DNA of 64,000 bases from the human T2T-CHM13v2.0 reference genome, Homo sapiens. Positions within the stretch are counted from its first letter, which is position 1. The number at the start of each line of letters is the position of its first letter. The notes below the pieces were generated by a model. It did not search any database, was not told where the DNA came from, and saw only the letters and a list, made by a program, of their open reading frames with translations. The position numbers and the translations under genes were made by a program. Below, one piece after another: positions 28,108 to 44,455 of this stretch. The stretch lies in NCBI RefSeq assembly GCF_009914755.1, contig NC_060930.1. One strand, given 5' to 3'.

Positions 28108-28495
28108 GGTATTTGTTTATTTTCATACTGTTATAAAGAACTGCACGAGACTAGGTAATTCATAAAGGAAATAGTTTTAATTGACTCATAGCTCAGCATG
28201 GCTGGGGAAACCTCAGGAAACTTACAATCACAGTGGAGGGTGAAAGGGAAGCAAGGAACCTTCTTCACAAGGCAGCAGGAAGGAAAAGTGCTGAGTCAAG
28301 GGGGAAGAGCCCCTTATAAAACCATCAGACATTGTGAGAACTCACTCACTATCATGAGAACAGCATGGGGAAAACCACCCCCACAATTCAATTGCCTCCA
28401 CCTGGTCTCTCCCTTGACAAGTGGGGATTATGGGAATTATGAGGATTACAATTCAAGGTGAGATTTGGGTGGGGACACAAAGCCTAACCATATCG
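28108..28495 (-). repeat. THE1D 5' LTR
   Basis: Direct repeat of 26140-26514, roughly one mismatch in five by eye. Confidence 0.9.
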
Positions 28496-29682
28496 GGTCC
28501 TGAGCTTTTCTTTACTGGGAGGCTTTTTATTACCACTTCGATCTCATTACTTGTTATTTGTCTGCTCTGATGTCAAATTTCTTACTTGTCCAATCTTAGA
28601 AGGTTGTATGTGTCTGGGAATTTTTCTATTTCTTCTAGATTTTTCAATTTACAGGCATATAGTTGCTCATATTAGCCACTAATGTTTCTTTGAATTTCAG
28701 CAGTATCAGTTCTAATGTTTCCTTTTTCATCTCTGATTTTATTTAGGTCTTGTCTCGTTTCTTTTAGTTAAGTCTGGCTAACAATTTGTTAATTTTGTTT
28801 ATCTTTTCAAAAAATGAACTTTTTTGTTTCATAGATCTTTTGTATTGTTTCTTCTTTCCATTTCATTTATTTTTTCTCTAATCTTTATTAATCCTTTTCT
28901 TCTACTAATTTTGGGTTCACCTAGCTCTTGTTTTTCTAGTTCTTTAAGATGCATCATTAGATTGTTCATTTGAAATTTTTCTTCTTTTTTGGTGTACTCA
29001 TTCATAGCTATACTCTTCCCTCTTAGTACTTCTTTTGCTGTACCCCATAGGTTTTAGTATGTTGTGTTTTCCTTATCATTTGTTCAAGAAATTTTTCAAA
29101 ATTTTTCTTAATTTCTTTATTAATCCACTCATCATTCAGGTGCATATTGTTGAATTTGGGTGTGTTTGTATAGTTTCCAAAATTCCTCTTGTTATTGATT
29201 TCTAGTTTTATTCCACTGTGGTCAGAAAAGAGTCTAGATTTTTTTTTATTTTTTTGAATATTTTCAGCCTTGTTTTGTAACTTAACATATGGTGTATTTT
29301 TTAGAATAATCCATGCTGAGGAAAAAGTGTGTCTTCTGCAGCCACTGGATGAAATGCTCCCTGAATAACTATTAGATCCATTTTGTCTGTAGTATAGATA
29401 AAGTAGGATGTTCTTTGTTAATTTTCTGTCCAGAAGATCTGTCCAATGTTGAAAGGGGGTGTGAAAGTCTAGACCTATTATTGTATTGAGGTTTGTCTCT
29501 CTCCTTAGCTCTAATAATCCTTGCTTTATAGCCCTGGGTGCTGTAGTGTTGAGTGTGTATATATTTACAACTGCCACATCTCCTTGCTGAATTGACCCCT
29601 TTATCATTACATAATGGCCTTCTTTGTCTCTTCTTCACATTTTGTCTTGAAATCTATTTTGTCTTATAAAACTACTCCAGGT

Positions 29683-29693
29683 TTTTATTTATT

Positions 29694-29728
<35 letters not shown>

Positions 29729-29980
29729 TTTTGAGACAGGGTTTCACTGTCATCTAGCCTGGAGTCCAGTGGGGTCAACATAGCTCACTGCAACTTCAAA
29801 CTCCTGGACTCATGCAATCCTCCTGCCTCAGCCCCTGAAGTAGCTGGGACTACAGGCATATGCCATCACACCCAGTTAATTTTTGTATTTTTTTGTAGAG
29901 ATGGGGGTTTCACTATGTTGCCCAGGCCAGTCTTGTATTCCTGAGCTCAAGTGATCCACCTGTCTCAGGCTCCCAAAGTG
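29683..29980 (-). mobile_element. AluJ, slightly 5'-truncated, (TTTA)n tail
   Basis: GAGACAGGGT, ATAGCTCACTGCA, AACTCCTGGACTCA, TTTTGTAGAGATGGGG, CTGAGCTCAAGTGATCC AluJ diagnostics. Confidence 0.9.
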
Positions 29981-32900
29981 TCTTGCTTTTTGGGTTTCCA
30001 TTGGCAAGTAATAACTTTTTCCAGCCATTTATTTTCAGTCTATTTGTGTCTTTACAGGTGAAGTGTTTCCTGTAGGCAACAGGTCATTGGATCTTTACTA
30101 TTATGAATTCAACCACTCTATGTATATTTATTGGAAAATTTAGTCCATTTACATTCAATGTTATTACTGATAAGTAAGAACTGACTCCTGCCATTGTGTT
30201 ATTTGCTTTCTGGTTATATTACAGTTTTCTCTTCTTTCTTTTCTTCCTTCCAGTCTTCCTTTTAGTGAAAATTATTTTCTCTGGTAATATGTTTAGTTTC
30301 TTTTTATTTTCTGTTGTATCTATTCTATGTTTTTTCATTTAAGGTTACCATGAGGCTTGCAAATGAATACTATCTTATAACCCAGTATTTCAAACAGATA
30401 ACAACATCTGCATATATAAACAAGTGAACAAAGAAGCTAACTAAAAGAAAACTAGTAAAAACTATATATCTTAACTTTGTTCCCACACTTTTTAACTTTC
30501 TGTTGTTTCTATTTATCTTACTGGTCTGTTTCAGTCTTGAAAATTTGTTGTAGCTTTTGTTGACTGGTTCATTTGTTAGTCTTTCTACTTAAGATTAGAA
30601 TAGTTTATACACCAAAGATACAGCATTATAATATTCTGTGTTGTTTTGTGTATTCACTATTATGAGTGAGTTTCATACCTTCAGGTGATTATTGAGTGAG
30701 TTTTGTATTTTCAGGTGATTATTGATTGCTCATTAATATATTTTTCTTTCTGATTTAAATACTCCCTTTAGCATTTATTATAGGAAAAATCTGGTGTTGA
30801 TGAAAGCCCTCAGCTTTTGTTTTCCTGGAAAAGCCTCTATTTCTCCTTCATGCTTGATGAATATCTTTGCCAGATATACAATTCTAGAATAAAGGTTTTT
30901 TTCTTCTTAGCTTTAAATATGTCATGCCACTCTCTCCTAACTTGTAAATTTTCCACTGAAAAGTCTGCTGCCATACATATTGAAGCATCATTGTATGTTG
31001 TTTCTTTTCTGCTGCTACTTTTAGAATCCTTTCCTTTTCATTGACCTTTGGGAGTTTGATTATTAAATGCCTTCAGGTAGTCTTCTTTGGGTTAAATCTG
31101 CTTGGTATTCTATAGCCTTGTACTTGGATGTTGATATCTTTCTATAAGTTTGGAACATTCTCTGATATTATCTTTTGAGTAAACTTTCTACCCTGATCTC
31201 TTTCTCTACCTCCTCTTTAAAGCCAATAACTCTTAGATTTGCTTTTTTGAGGCTATTGTCTACATCTTGTAGGCATAATTCATTCTTTTTTATTTTTTTC
31301 TTTTCAGTCTTCTCTGACTTTGCCTTTTTCAAATAGTGTGTCTTTGAGCTCACTAATCCTTTCTTCTGCTTGATCAATTCTGCTATTGAATGACTCTGAT
31401 GCAGTCTTCAGTATGTCAATTGCACTTTTTAACTCCAGAGTTTCTGCTTGATTCTTTTTAACTATTTCAATATCATTTTAACTTTATCTGGTAGAATTAT
31501 GAATTCCTTCTCTGTGTTATCTTAAATTTCTTTGAGTTTCCTCAAAACAGCTTTTTTAAATTTCTTTGTCTGAAAGGTTACATATCTCTGTATCTCCAGG
31601 ATTGGTCCCTGGTGACTTATTTAGTTCAATTGGTGATATCATGTTTTCCTGAATGGTTTTGATACTTGTGGATGTTTGTTGGTGTCTCGGCATTGAAAAG
31701 TTAGATACTTATTGTAGCGTTCACAGCCTGTGCTTGTTGGTACCCATCCTTCTTGGGAAGGCTTTTCATATATTCAAATGGACTTGGGTGTTGTTATCAA
31801 AGCCATATCTGCATTAGGGAACACCCCAAGCCCAGTAATGTTATGGTTCTTTCAGACTCATAGAGGTACCCCTTTGGTGGTCTTGGATGAGATCTGGAAG
31901 AAATCTCTGGATTACCAGGCAGTGATCCTCGTTCTCTTCCCTTACTTTCTCTCAAACAAATGGAGTCTTTCTTTCTCTATGCTAAGCCTCTGGAGCTGGG
32001 GGTGAGTAACATAAGCACCCCTGTGCCCACCACCACTGAGACTGTGCTGGGTCAGACCTGAAGCCACTACAGCACTGGGCCTCAACCAATGCCCACTATA
32101 ACCACTAACTGGCTACCATCTATGTTCACTCAAGGCCCTAGAGCTCTATAATCAGCAGGTAGAAAAACTAAACAGGCTTGTGTCTTTCCCTTGAGGGTGG
32201 CAAGTTCACCCAAGGACCTGGGCAGGCTCACAGATGCCATCTAGGAGCCAGGGACTGGAGTCAAAAACCTTAGAAATCTATCTGGTATTCTATTGTACTG
32301 CAAATGAGCTGGCACCTATACCACAATACAAAGTCCTTCCCACTCTTCCTTTGCCTTCCCATACAAGGAGCCTCTCCCTATGGCTGCCACCACCATCATC
32401 CCATGGGGGCTTCTGCCAGGCCCACAAGTGTTCATTTACAGGCCAAGGGCTCTTCAGTCAGCTTGCAGTGAATGCTGCCAGGCCTGGAACTCACCACTCA
32501 CGTGAGTAGGATCCCCTCTGCCCCTGGGAAGGTCCAGAAATGCTGTTTAAGAGCCAATGCCTGGAAACAAGAGTCCCCAGAAGCCCACTTGATGATCTAC
32601 CCCACTATAGCTGAGCTTGTACCTCAGGTGCAAGACAAGGTCTCCTTTACTCTTCCCCCTACTTTTTCTCAAATAGAAGGAGTCTCTCACCATAGCCACC
32701 ACAGCTGGAAATAGGCTGGGTCTGACCTGAAGCCAACACATCTCAGAGTCTCACCCAAGATCCATGGCATACTATGAGGGAATCACTGCTGGGTATTCAG
32801 AACCCATGGGCCCTTTCGTCAGCATGTGATGAGGCCTGCCTGGACTGGGTATTTCTCTTCTAGGCAACAGGTTCCCTTTTGGCCCAGTGTGTGTCTAGAA

Positions 32901-33874
32901 ATGTCATCCAGGAGCTAGCGCATGTAATGTCAACCAGGAGTTAGGACCTAAAACAGCTCACTTGGTGCCCTGTCCTACTGTGGCTGAGCTGGTATCCAAG
33001 AAACAAGACAAACTTATCTTTACTTTTCCCCCTTCTCTCCTTAAGCAGAAGGATGGGGGTCTCTTTTAGAGCCACAAGCTGTGCTGCCTGGTGTTAGGGG
33101 AGGAGTGACAACAGGCACTCCCTTAGCCACCCTGGCTGGGGTCTCATTAGTTTGCATGATGCCCACAAGTCCACTGGCTCTGATCCCCACTCAGCAGTAG
33201 GATTTGCCTAGGACTTGCAGTCCTTGTGGCCTAGCCTGCCTTTCAAATTTATTTGGAGTCCCAGAAAACTTTAGCCCATGGTAGTGAGTCTTGCCAGAAT
33301 TCAAGTTCTAGCCACTGGGATGGGCAATTGCCCTCTGGCTAGGGCTCATCTAAACGTTCCTTCCATGGGTAGGCATCAGCTGAGTTCAGCCCAGTTTTGC
33401 TTTCTGATGTGACAAGACAGCACTGAGTTCAATACAAAATCTCACAGTTGCTGAACTCTCCTTCTTCCAAGTGCACAGATTCTCTCTCTGTGCCATGTGG
33501 CTGCTTCCAGGAGATGGGAGGCAGCATTAGTGATTCAAGGCTGTATTTCTTTTCATCTTCAGTGCCTCTTTCAGTGATATGAAGTTAAAATCAGGTATTG
33601 TGAGTGCTCCCCTGATTTTTAGTTCTTAAGAAGGTGCTTTTTTGTGTAGACAATTTTTAAATTTGGTGTTTCTTTGGGGGTACAATCAGTGAAGACTTCT
33701 ATTTGGCCATTTTGCTCCTAGTCATCTGAGCTCTCCCTTTCATTTTTGGATAGACAATTATTGTAACATCGAACACTTCATCTGAGATATAAATGTTTTG
33801 GTGGGGTGATAACACACCTACGCACTGGAACAACAGATATGCATTACTTCGTGCAAAATTTGCTGAGTAAAATC

Positions 33875-33967
33875 CCAAAACTAGTATAAACACAGACACA
33901 TAGAACAATGGAACAGAATAGAGACTCCAAATGTAAATACACACATTTACACACAACTCATATTTTT
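33875..33967 (+). mobile_element. L1MA5-type LINE-1, 5' piece (continues at 46818)
   Basis: GTATAAACACAGACACATAGAACAATGGAACAGAATAGAG ORF2 sequence ending in TSD CAACTCATATTTTT. Confidence 0.8.
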
Positions 33968-35135
33968 TAAATTTAATTTAATATTTTTATACATTAAGTT
34001 CTGGGATACATGTGCAGAACGTGCAGGTTTGTTACATAGGTATACAAGTGATGTGGTGGTTTGCCACACCCCTCAACCCATCATCTATATTAGTTATTTC
34101 TCCTAATACTATCCCTCCCCTAGTCCCCCACCCTGACAGGCCCTGGTGCGTGAAGATCTCCTCCCTGTTTCTATGTGTTCTCTTTGTTCAACTCCCACTT
34201 ATAAGTGAGAACATGCAAGTGTTCGGTTTTCTGTTCCTGTGTTAGTTTGCTGAGGATGATGGTTTCCAGCTTCATCCATGTCCCTGCAAAGGACATGAAC
34301 TCATCCTTTTTTATGGCTGCATAGTATTCCATGGTGTATATGTGCCACATTTTTTTAATCCAGTCTATCATTGATGGGCATTTGGTTTGGTTCCACGTCT
34401 TTGCTATTGTGAATAGTGCCACAATAAACATACATGTGTATGTGTCTTTATAGTAGAATGATTTATAATCCTTTGGGTATATACCCAGTAATGGGATTTC
34501 TGGGTCAAATGGTAGTTCCGGATGTAGCTCCTTGAGGAATCCCCACACTGTCTTCCACAATGGTTGAAATAATTTACACTCCCACCAACAGTGTAAAAGT
34601 GTTCCTATTCCTCTACATCCTCTCCAGCATGTGCTGTTTCCTGATTTTTAATGATCGCCATTCTAAATGACATGAGATGGTATCTCATTGTGGTTTTGAT
34701 TTGCATTTCTCTAATGACCAATGATGATGAGCATTTTTTCATATGTTTGTTGGCTGCATAAATGTCTTTTTTGATAAGTGTCTCTTCATATCCTTTGCCC
34801 ACTTTTTGACGGGGTTGTATTTTTCTTGTAAATTTGTTTAAGTTCTTTGTAGATTCTGGATATTAGCCCTTTGTCAGATGGATAGATGGCAAAAATTTTC
34901 TCCCATTCTGTAGGCTGCCTGTTCACTCTGATGATAGTTCCATTTGCTGTGCAGAAGCTCTTTAGTTTAATTAGATCTCATTTGTCAATTTTGGCTTTTG
35001 TTGACATTGCTTTTGGTGTTTTAGTCATGAAGTCGTTTCTCATCCCTATGTCCTGCATGGTATTGCCTATGTTTTCTTCTAGGGTTTTTATGGTTTTAGG
35101 TTTTATGTTTAAGTCTTTAATCCATCTTCAATTAA

Positions 35136-35552
<417 letters not shown>

Positions 35553-37599
35553 TTATTAAATAGGGAATCCTTTCCCCATTGCTTGTTTTTGTCAGGTTTG
35601 TGAAAGATCAGATTGTTGTACATGTGTGGGGTTATTTCTGAGGCCTCTGTTCTGTTCCATTGGTCTATATATCTGTTTTGGTACCAGTAACATGCTGTTT
35701 TGGTTACTGTAGCCTTGTAGTATAGTTTGAAATCATGTAGCATGATGTCTCCAGCTTTGCTGTTTTTGTGTAGGATTGCCTTGGCTATATAGGCTCTGTT
35801 CCATATGAAATTTAAACTAGTTTTTTCTATTTCCTAATTCTGTGAAGAAATTCAGTGGTATCTTGATGTGGATAGCATTGAATCTACAAATTACTTTGGG
35901 CAGTATGGCCATTTTCATGACACTGATTCTTCCTATCCATGAGCACAGAATGTTCTTCCATTTGTTTGTGTCCTCTCTTATTTCCTTGAGCAGTGGTTTG
36001 TAGTCCTCGAAGAGGTCCTTCACATCCCTTGTAAGTTGCATTCCTAGATATTTTATTCTTTTTGTAGCAATTGTGAATGGGAGTTTACTCATGATTTGGA
36101 TCTCTATTATTGGTGTATAGGAATACTTGTGATTTTTACACACTGATTTTGTATCCTGAGAATTTGCTGAAGTTGCTTATCAGCTTAAGGAAATTTGGGG
36201 CTCAGATGTTCGGGTTTTCTAAACATACAATCATGTCATCTGCAAACAGAGACAATTTGACTTCCTCTCATCCTATTTGAATACCCTTTATTTCTTTCTC
36301 TTGCCTGATTACCCCGGCCAGAACGTCCAATACTATGTTGAATAGGAGTGGTGAGAGAGGGCGTCCTTGTCTTGTGCCAGTTTTCAAAGAGAATGCTTCC
36401 AGCTTTTGCCCATTCAGTATGATATTGGCTATGGATTTGTCATAAATAGCTCTTATTATTTTGAGATATGTTCCATCAATACCGAGTTTATTGAGAGTTT
36501 TTAGCATGAAGGGGTGTTGAATTTTATCCAAGGCCTTTTCTGCATCTTTTGAGATAATTTTTGGCATTGCTTCTGTTTACGTGATGGATTACATTTATCG
36601 ATTTGTGTATGTTGAAGCTGCCTTGCATCCCAAGAATGAAGTTGACTTGATCGTGGTGGATAAGCTTTTTGGTGTGCTGCTGGATTCTGTTTGCCAGTAT
36701 TTTATTGAGGATTTTTGCATTGATGTTCAGCAGAGATATTGGCCTTAAATTTTCTTTCTTTCTTGTGTCTCTGCCATATTTTGCTATAAAGATGATGCTG
36801 GCCTCATAAAATGAGTAGGGAGGAGTCCCTCTTTTCCTATCATTTGAAATAGTTTCAGAAGGAATGGTACCAGCTCCTCTTTGTACCTCTGGTAGAATTA
36901 AGCTGTGAATCTGTCTGATCCTGGGCTTTTTTTGGTTTGTAGGCTATTAATTACTGCCTCAATTTGAGATCTTGTTATTGGTCTATTCAGGGATTTAACT
37001 TCTTCCTGGTTTAGCCTTGGGAGGATTATGTGTCTACAAATTTATCCTTTTTTTTTTTAGATTTTCTAGTTTATTTGCATAGAAGTATTTATAGTATTCT
37101 CTGATGGCAGTTTCTGTTTCTGTGGGATCAGTGGTGATATTACCTTTATCATTCTTTGTTGCATCTATTTGATTCTTCTCTCTTTTATTCTTTATTAGTC
37201 TGGCTAGCAGTCTATCTATTTTGTTAATCTTTTCAAAAAACCAGCTCCTGGATTCACTGATTTTTTTAAGGGTTTTCCGAGTCTCTATCTCCTTCAGTTC
37301 GGCTCTGGTCTTAGTTATTTCTTGTCTTCTGCTAGCTTTTGAATTTGTTTGCTTTTGCTTCTCTAGTTCTTTTTTTTTTTTAACTTTTTTTTTTTTTATA
37401 CTTTAAGTTTTAGGGTACATGTGCACATTGTGCAGGTTAGTTACATATGTATACATGTGCCATGCTGGTGCGCTGCACCCACTAACTCGTCATCTAGCAT
37501 TAGGTATATCTCCCAATGCTATCCCTCCCCCCTCCCCCCACCCCACCACAGTCCCCAGAGTGTGACATTCCCCTTCCTGTGTCCATGTGATCTCATTGT

Positions 37600-41421
<3,822 letters not shown>

Positions 41422-41484
41422 TATTATGTTAGCTGGTTATTTTGCTCATTAGTTGATGCAGTTTCTTCCTAGTCTCAATGGTCT

Positions 41485-42498
41485 TTACATTTTGGCATGA
41501 TTTTGCAGCGGCTGGTACTGGTTGTTCCTTTCCATGTTTAGCACTTCCTTCAGGAGCTCTTTTAGGGCAGGCCTGCTGGTCACAAAATCTCTCAGCATTT
41601 GCTTGTCTGTAAAGTATTTTATTTCTCCTTCACTTATGAAGCTTAGTTTGGCTGGATATGAAATTCTGGGTTGAAAATTCTTTTCTTTAAGAATGTTGAA
41701 TATTGGCCCCCACTCTCTTCTGGCTTGTAGGGTTTCTGCCGAGAGATCCACTGTTAGTCTGATGGGCTTCCCTTTGAGGGTAACCTGACCTTTCTCTCTG
41801 GCTGCCCTTAACATTTTTTCCTTCATTTCAACTTTGGTGAATCTGACAATTATGTGTCTTGGAGTTGCTCTTCTCGAGGAGTATCTTTGTGGCGTTCTCT
41901 GTATTTCCTGAATCTGAACGTTGGCCTGCCTTGCTAGATTGGGGAAGTTCTCCTGGATAATATCCTGCAGAGTGTTTTCCAACTTGGTTCCATTCTCCGC
42001 ATCACTTTCAGGTACACCAATCAGACGTAGATTTGGTCTTTTCACATAGTCCCATATTTCTTGGAGGCTTTGCTCATTTCTTTTTATTCTTTTTTCTCTA
42101 AACTTCCCTTCTCGCTTCATTTCATTCATTTCATCTTCCATTGCTGATACCCTTTCTTCCAGTTGATCGCATCGGCTCCTGAGGCTTCTGCATTCTTCAC
42201 ATAGTTCTCGAGCCTTGGTTTTCAGCTCCATCAGCTCCTTTAAGCACTTCTCTGTATTGGTTATTCTAGTTATACATTCTTCTAAATTTTTTTCAAAGTT
42301 TTCAACTTCTTTGCCTTTGGTTTGAATGTCCTCCCGTAGCTCAGAGTAATTTGATCGTCTGAAGACTTCTTCTCTCAGCTCGTCAAAATCATTCTCCATC
42401 CAGCTTTGTTCCGTTGCTGGTGAGGAACTGCGTTCCTTTGGAGGAGAGGCGCTCTGCGTTTTAGAGTTTCCAGTTTTTCTGTTCTGTTTTTTCCCCAT
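41485..42498 (-). CDS. LINE-1 ORF1p (RNA-binding chaperone), intact 337 aa
   Basis: MGKKQNRKTGNSK...QPLQNHAKM; REKG, ARR and YPAKLS motifs present; one Pro missing in SPPPK relative to the 338-aa consensus. Expression not shown. Confidence 0.9.
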   Translation of the reverse strand: MGKKQNRKTGNSKTQSASPPKERSSSPATEQSWMENDFDELREEVFRRSNYSELREDIQTKGKEVENFEKNLEECITRITNTEKCLKELMELKTKARELCEECRSLRSRCDQLEERVSAMEDEMNEMKREGKFREKRIKRNEQSLQEIWDYVKRPNLRLIGVPESDAENGTKLENTLQDIIQENFPNLARQANVQIQEIQRTPQRYSSRRATPRHIIVRFTKVEMKEKMLRAAREKGQVTLKGKPIRLTVDLSAETLQARREWGPIFNILKEKNFQPRISYPAKLSFISEGEIKYFTDKQMLRDFVTSRPALKELLKEVLNMERNNQYQPLQNHAKM

Positions 42499-43402
42499 CT
42501 TTGTGGTTTTATCTACTTTTGGTCTTTGATGATGGTGATGTACAGATGGGTTTTCGGTGTGGATGTCCTTTCTGTCTGTTAGTTTTCCTTCTAACAGACA
42601 GGACCCTCAGCTGCAGGTCTGTTGGAATACCCTGCCGTGTGAGGTGTCAGTGTGCCCCTGCTGGGGGGTGCCTCCCAGTTAGGCTGCTCGGGGGTCAGGG
42701 ATCAGGGACACACTTGAGGATGCAGTCTGCCCATTCTCAGATCTCCAGCTGCGTGCTGGGAGAACCACTGCTCTCTTCAAAGCTGTCAGACAGGGACATT
42801 TAAGTCTGCAGAGGTTACTGCTGTCTTTTTGTTTGTCTGTGCCCTGCCCCCCAGAGGTGGAGCCTACAGAGGCAGGCAGGCCTCCTTGAGCTGTGGTGGG
42901 CTCCACCCAGTTAGAGCTTCCCAGCTGCTTTGTTTACCTAAGCAAGCCTGGGCTATTGTGGGCGCCCCTCCCCCAGCCTCACTGCCACCTTGCAGTTTGA
43001 TCTCAGACTGCTGTGCTAGCAATCAGCCAGACTCCGTGGGCGTAGGACCCTCCGAGCCAGGTGCGGGATATAATCTCGTGATGCGCCGTTTTTTAAGCCG
43101 GTCTGAAAAGCGCAGTATTCGGGTGGGAGTGACCCGATTTTCCAGGTGCGTCCGTCACCCCTTTCTTTGACTCGGAAAGGGAACTCCCTGAACCCTTGCG
43201 CTTCCCAGGTGAGGCAATGCCTCGCCCTGCTTCGGCTCACGCAGGGTGCGCGCACCCACTGGCCTGCGCCCACTGTCTGGCACTCCCTACTGAGATGAAC
43301 CCGGTACCTAAGATGGAAATGCAGAAATCACCCGTCTTCTGCGTCACTCACGCTGGGAGCTGTAGACCGGAGCTGTTCCTATTTGGCCATCTTGGCTCCT
43401 CC
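42499..43402 (-). promoter_or_regulatory. L1PA2 5'UTR: CpG-rich internal sense promoter (YY1 site) plus antisense promoter
   Basis: YY1 core AAGATGGCC at ~43385-43393; CpG-dense 42950-43400; antisense splice donors at 43061, 43146, 43209. Confidence 0.85.
42955..43170 (+). pseudogene. LINE-1 ORF0 frame (71 codons open) with start codon ATG>ATT
   Basis: Track ORF 42829-43170 ends (I)VGAPPPASLPPCSLISDCCASNQ...RFSRCVRHPFL = ORF0p; GGGCTATTGTGGGCG in place of GGGCAATGGCGGGCG. Confidence 0.88.
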
Positions 43403-44455
43403 CTTCTCTAGTTCTTTTAATTGTGATGTTAGGGTGTCGATTTTAGATCTTTCCCACTTTCTCCTGTGGGCTTTTAGTGCTATAAATTTTCCTCTAAACA
43501 CTGCTTTAGCTTTGTCCCAGAGATTGTGGTATGTTGTGTCTTTGTTCTCATTGGTTTCAAAGAACTTATTTATTTCTGCCTTAATTTCATTATTTACCCA
43601 GTAGTCATTCAGGAGCAGGTTGTTCAGTTTCCATGTAGTTGTGCAGTTTTGAGTGACTTTCTTAAATCTGAGTTCTAATTTGACTGCACTGTGGTCTGAG
43701 AGACAGTTTGTTATGATTTCCATTCTTTTGCATTTGCTGAGGAGTGTTTTACTTCCAATTATGTGGTCAATTTTAGAATAAGTGCAATGTGGTGTTGAGA
43801 AGAATGTATATTCTGTTGATTTGGGGTGGAGAGTTCTGTTGATGTCTATTAGGTCCACTTGGTTCAGAGCTGAGTTCAAGTCCTGAATATCCTTATTAAT
43901 ATTTGGTCCCATTGACCTGTCCAATGTTAACAGTGGGGTGTTTAAGTCTCCCACTTTTATTGTGTGGAAGTCTAAGTCTCTTTGTAGGTCGCTAAGAACT
44001 TGCTTTGTGAATCTGTGTTACTATATTGGGTGCATATATATTTAGGATAGTTAGCTCTTCTTATTACATTGATCCCTTTACCATTATGTAATGCCTTTCT
44101 TTGTCTTTTTTGATCTTTGTTAGTTTAAAGTTGGTTTAATGTTGGTTTGTTTTATCAGAGACAAGGATTGCAACCCCCTGCTTTTTTTTTCTTTCCATTT
44201 GCTTGGTAAATCTTCCTCCATCCCTTTATTTTGAGCCTATGTGTGTTTTGCATATGAGATGGGTCTCCTGAATACAGCTCATCAATGGGTCTTGACTCTT
44301 TATCCAATTTACCAGTCTATGTCTTTTAACTGGGGCATTTAGCTGGTTTACATTTAAGGTTAATATATTATGTGTGAATTTGATCCTGTCATTACGATGC
44401 TAGCTGGTTATTTTGCCTGTTAGTTGACACAGTTTCTTCATAGTGTCGATAGTCT

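Larger units (their letters stand above)
26140..28495 (-). mobile_element. Complete THE1D MaLR provirus (LTR-internal-LTR) with perfect 5-bp TSD GGTCC
   Basis: LTRs 26140-26514 and 28108-28495 both ending ACACAAAGCCTAACCATATC; TSD 26135-26139 / 28496-28500; host L1 resumes in register. Confidence 0.93.
23345..33718 (-). mobile_element. Full-length ancient LINE-1 (L1MA1-3 type, ~7.7 kb net), decayed; contains THE1D and AluJ
   Basis: 3'UTR TTTTTGTGGGTACCTAGTAGGTATATATATTTATGGGGTACAT; ORF2 fragments (24258-24545, 25200-25421, 29023-29607 with SDH); ORF2 ATG ~30194; ORF1 fragment 31168-31377; 5' end minus GGAGCAAAATGGCCAAATAGAAG at ~33718. Confidence 0.9.

Noticed and set aside
23330-33760. TSD for the full-length L1MA element
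   Set aside because: No convincing direct repeat at the two ends; too decayed to call
37520-37560. G-quadruplex-forming tract on the minus strand
   Set aside because: Standard G-rich tract of the L1 3'UTR, not locus-specific
42829-42954. N-terminal extension of ORF0 suggested by the 113-aa track ORF
   Set aside because: Begins at a TTG upstream of or near the expected antisense TSS region; no support for translation
43379-43954. 191-aa ORF ending ...[12 protein letters not shown] as a fusion gene
   Set aside because: L1PA7 endonuclease remnant running a few codons into the inserted L1PA2 5'UTR; non-ATG start, junction artefact
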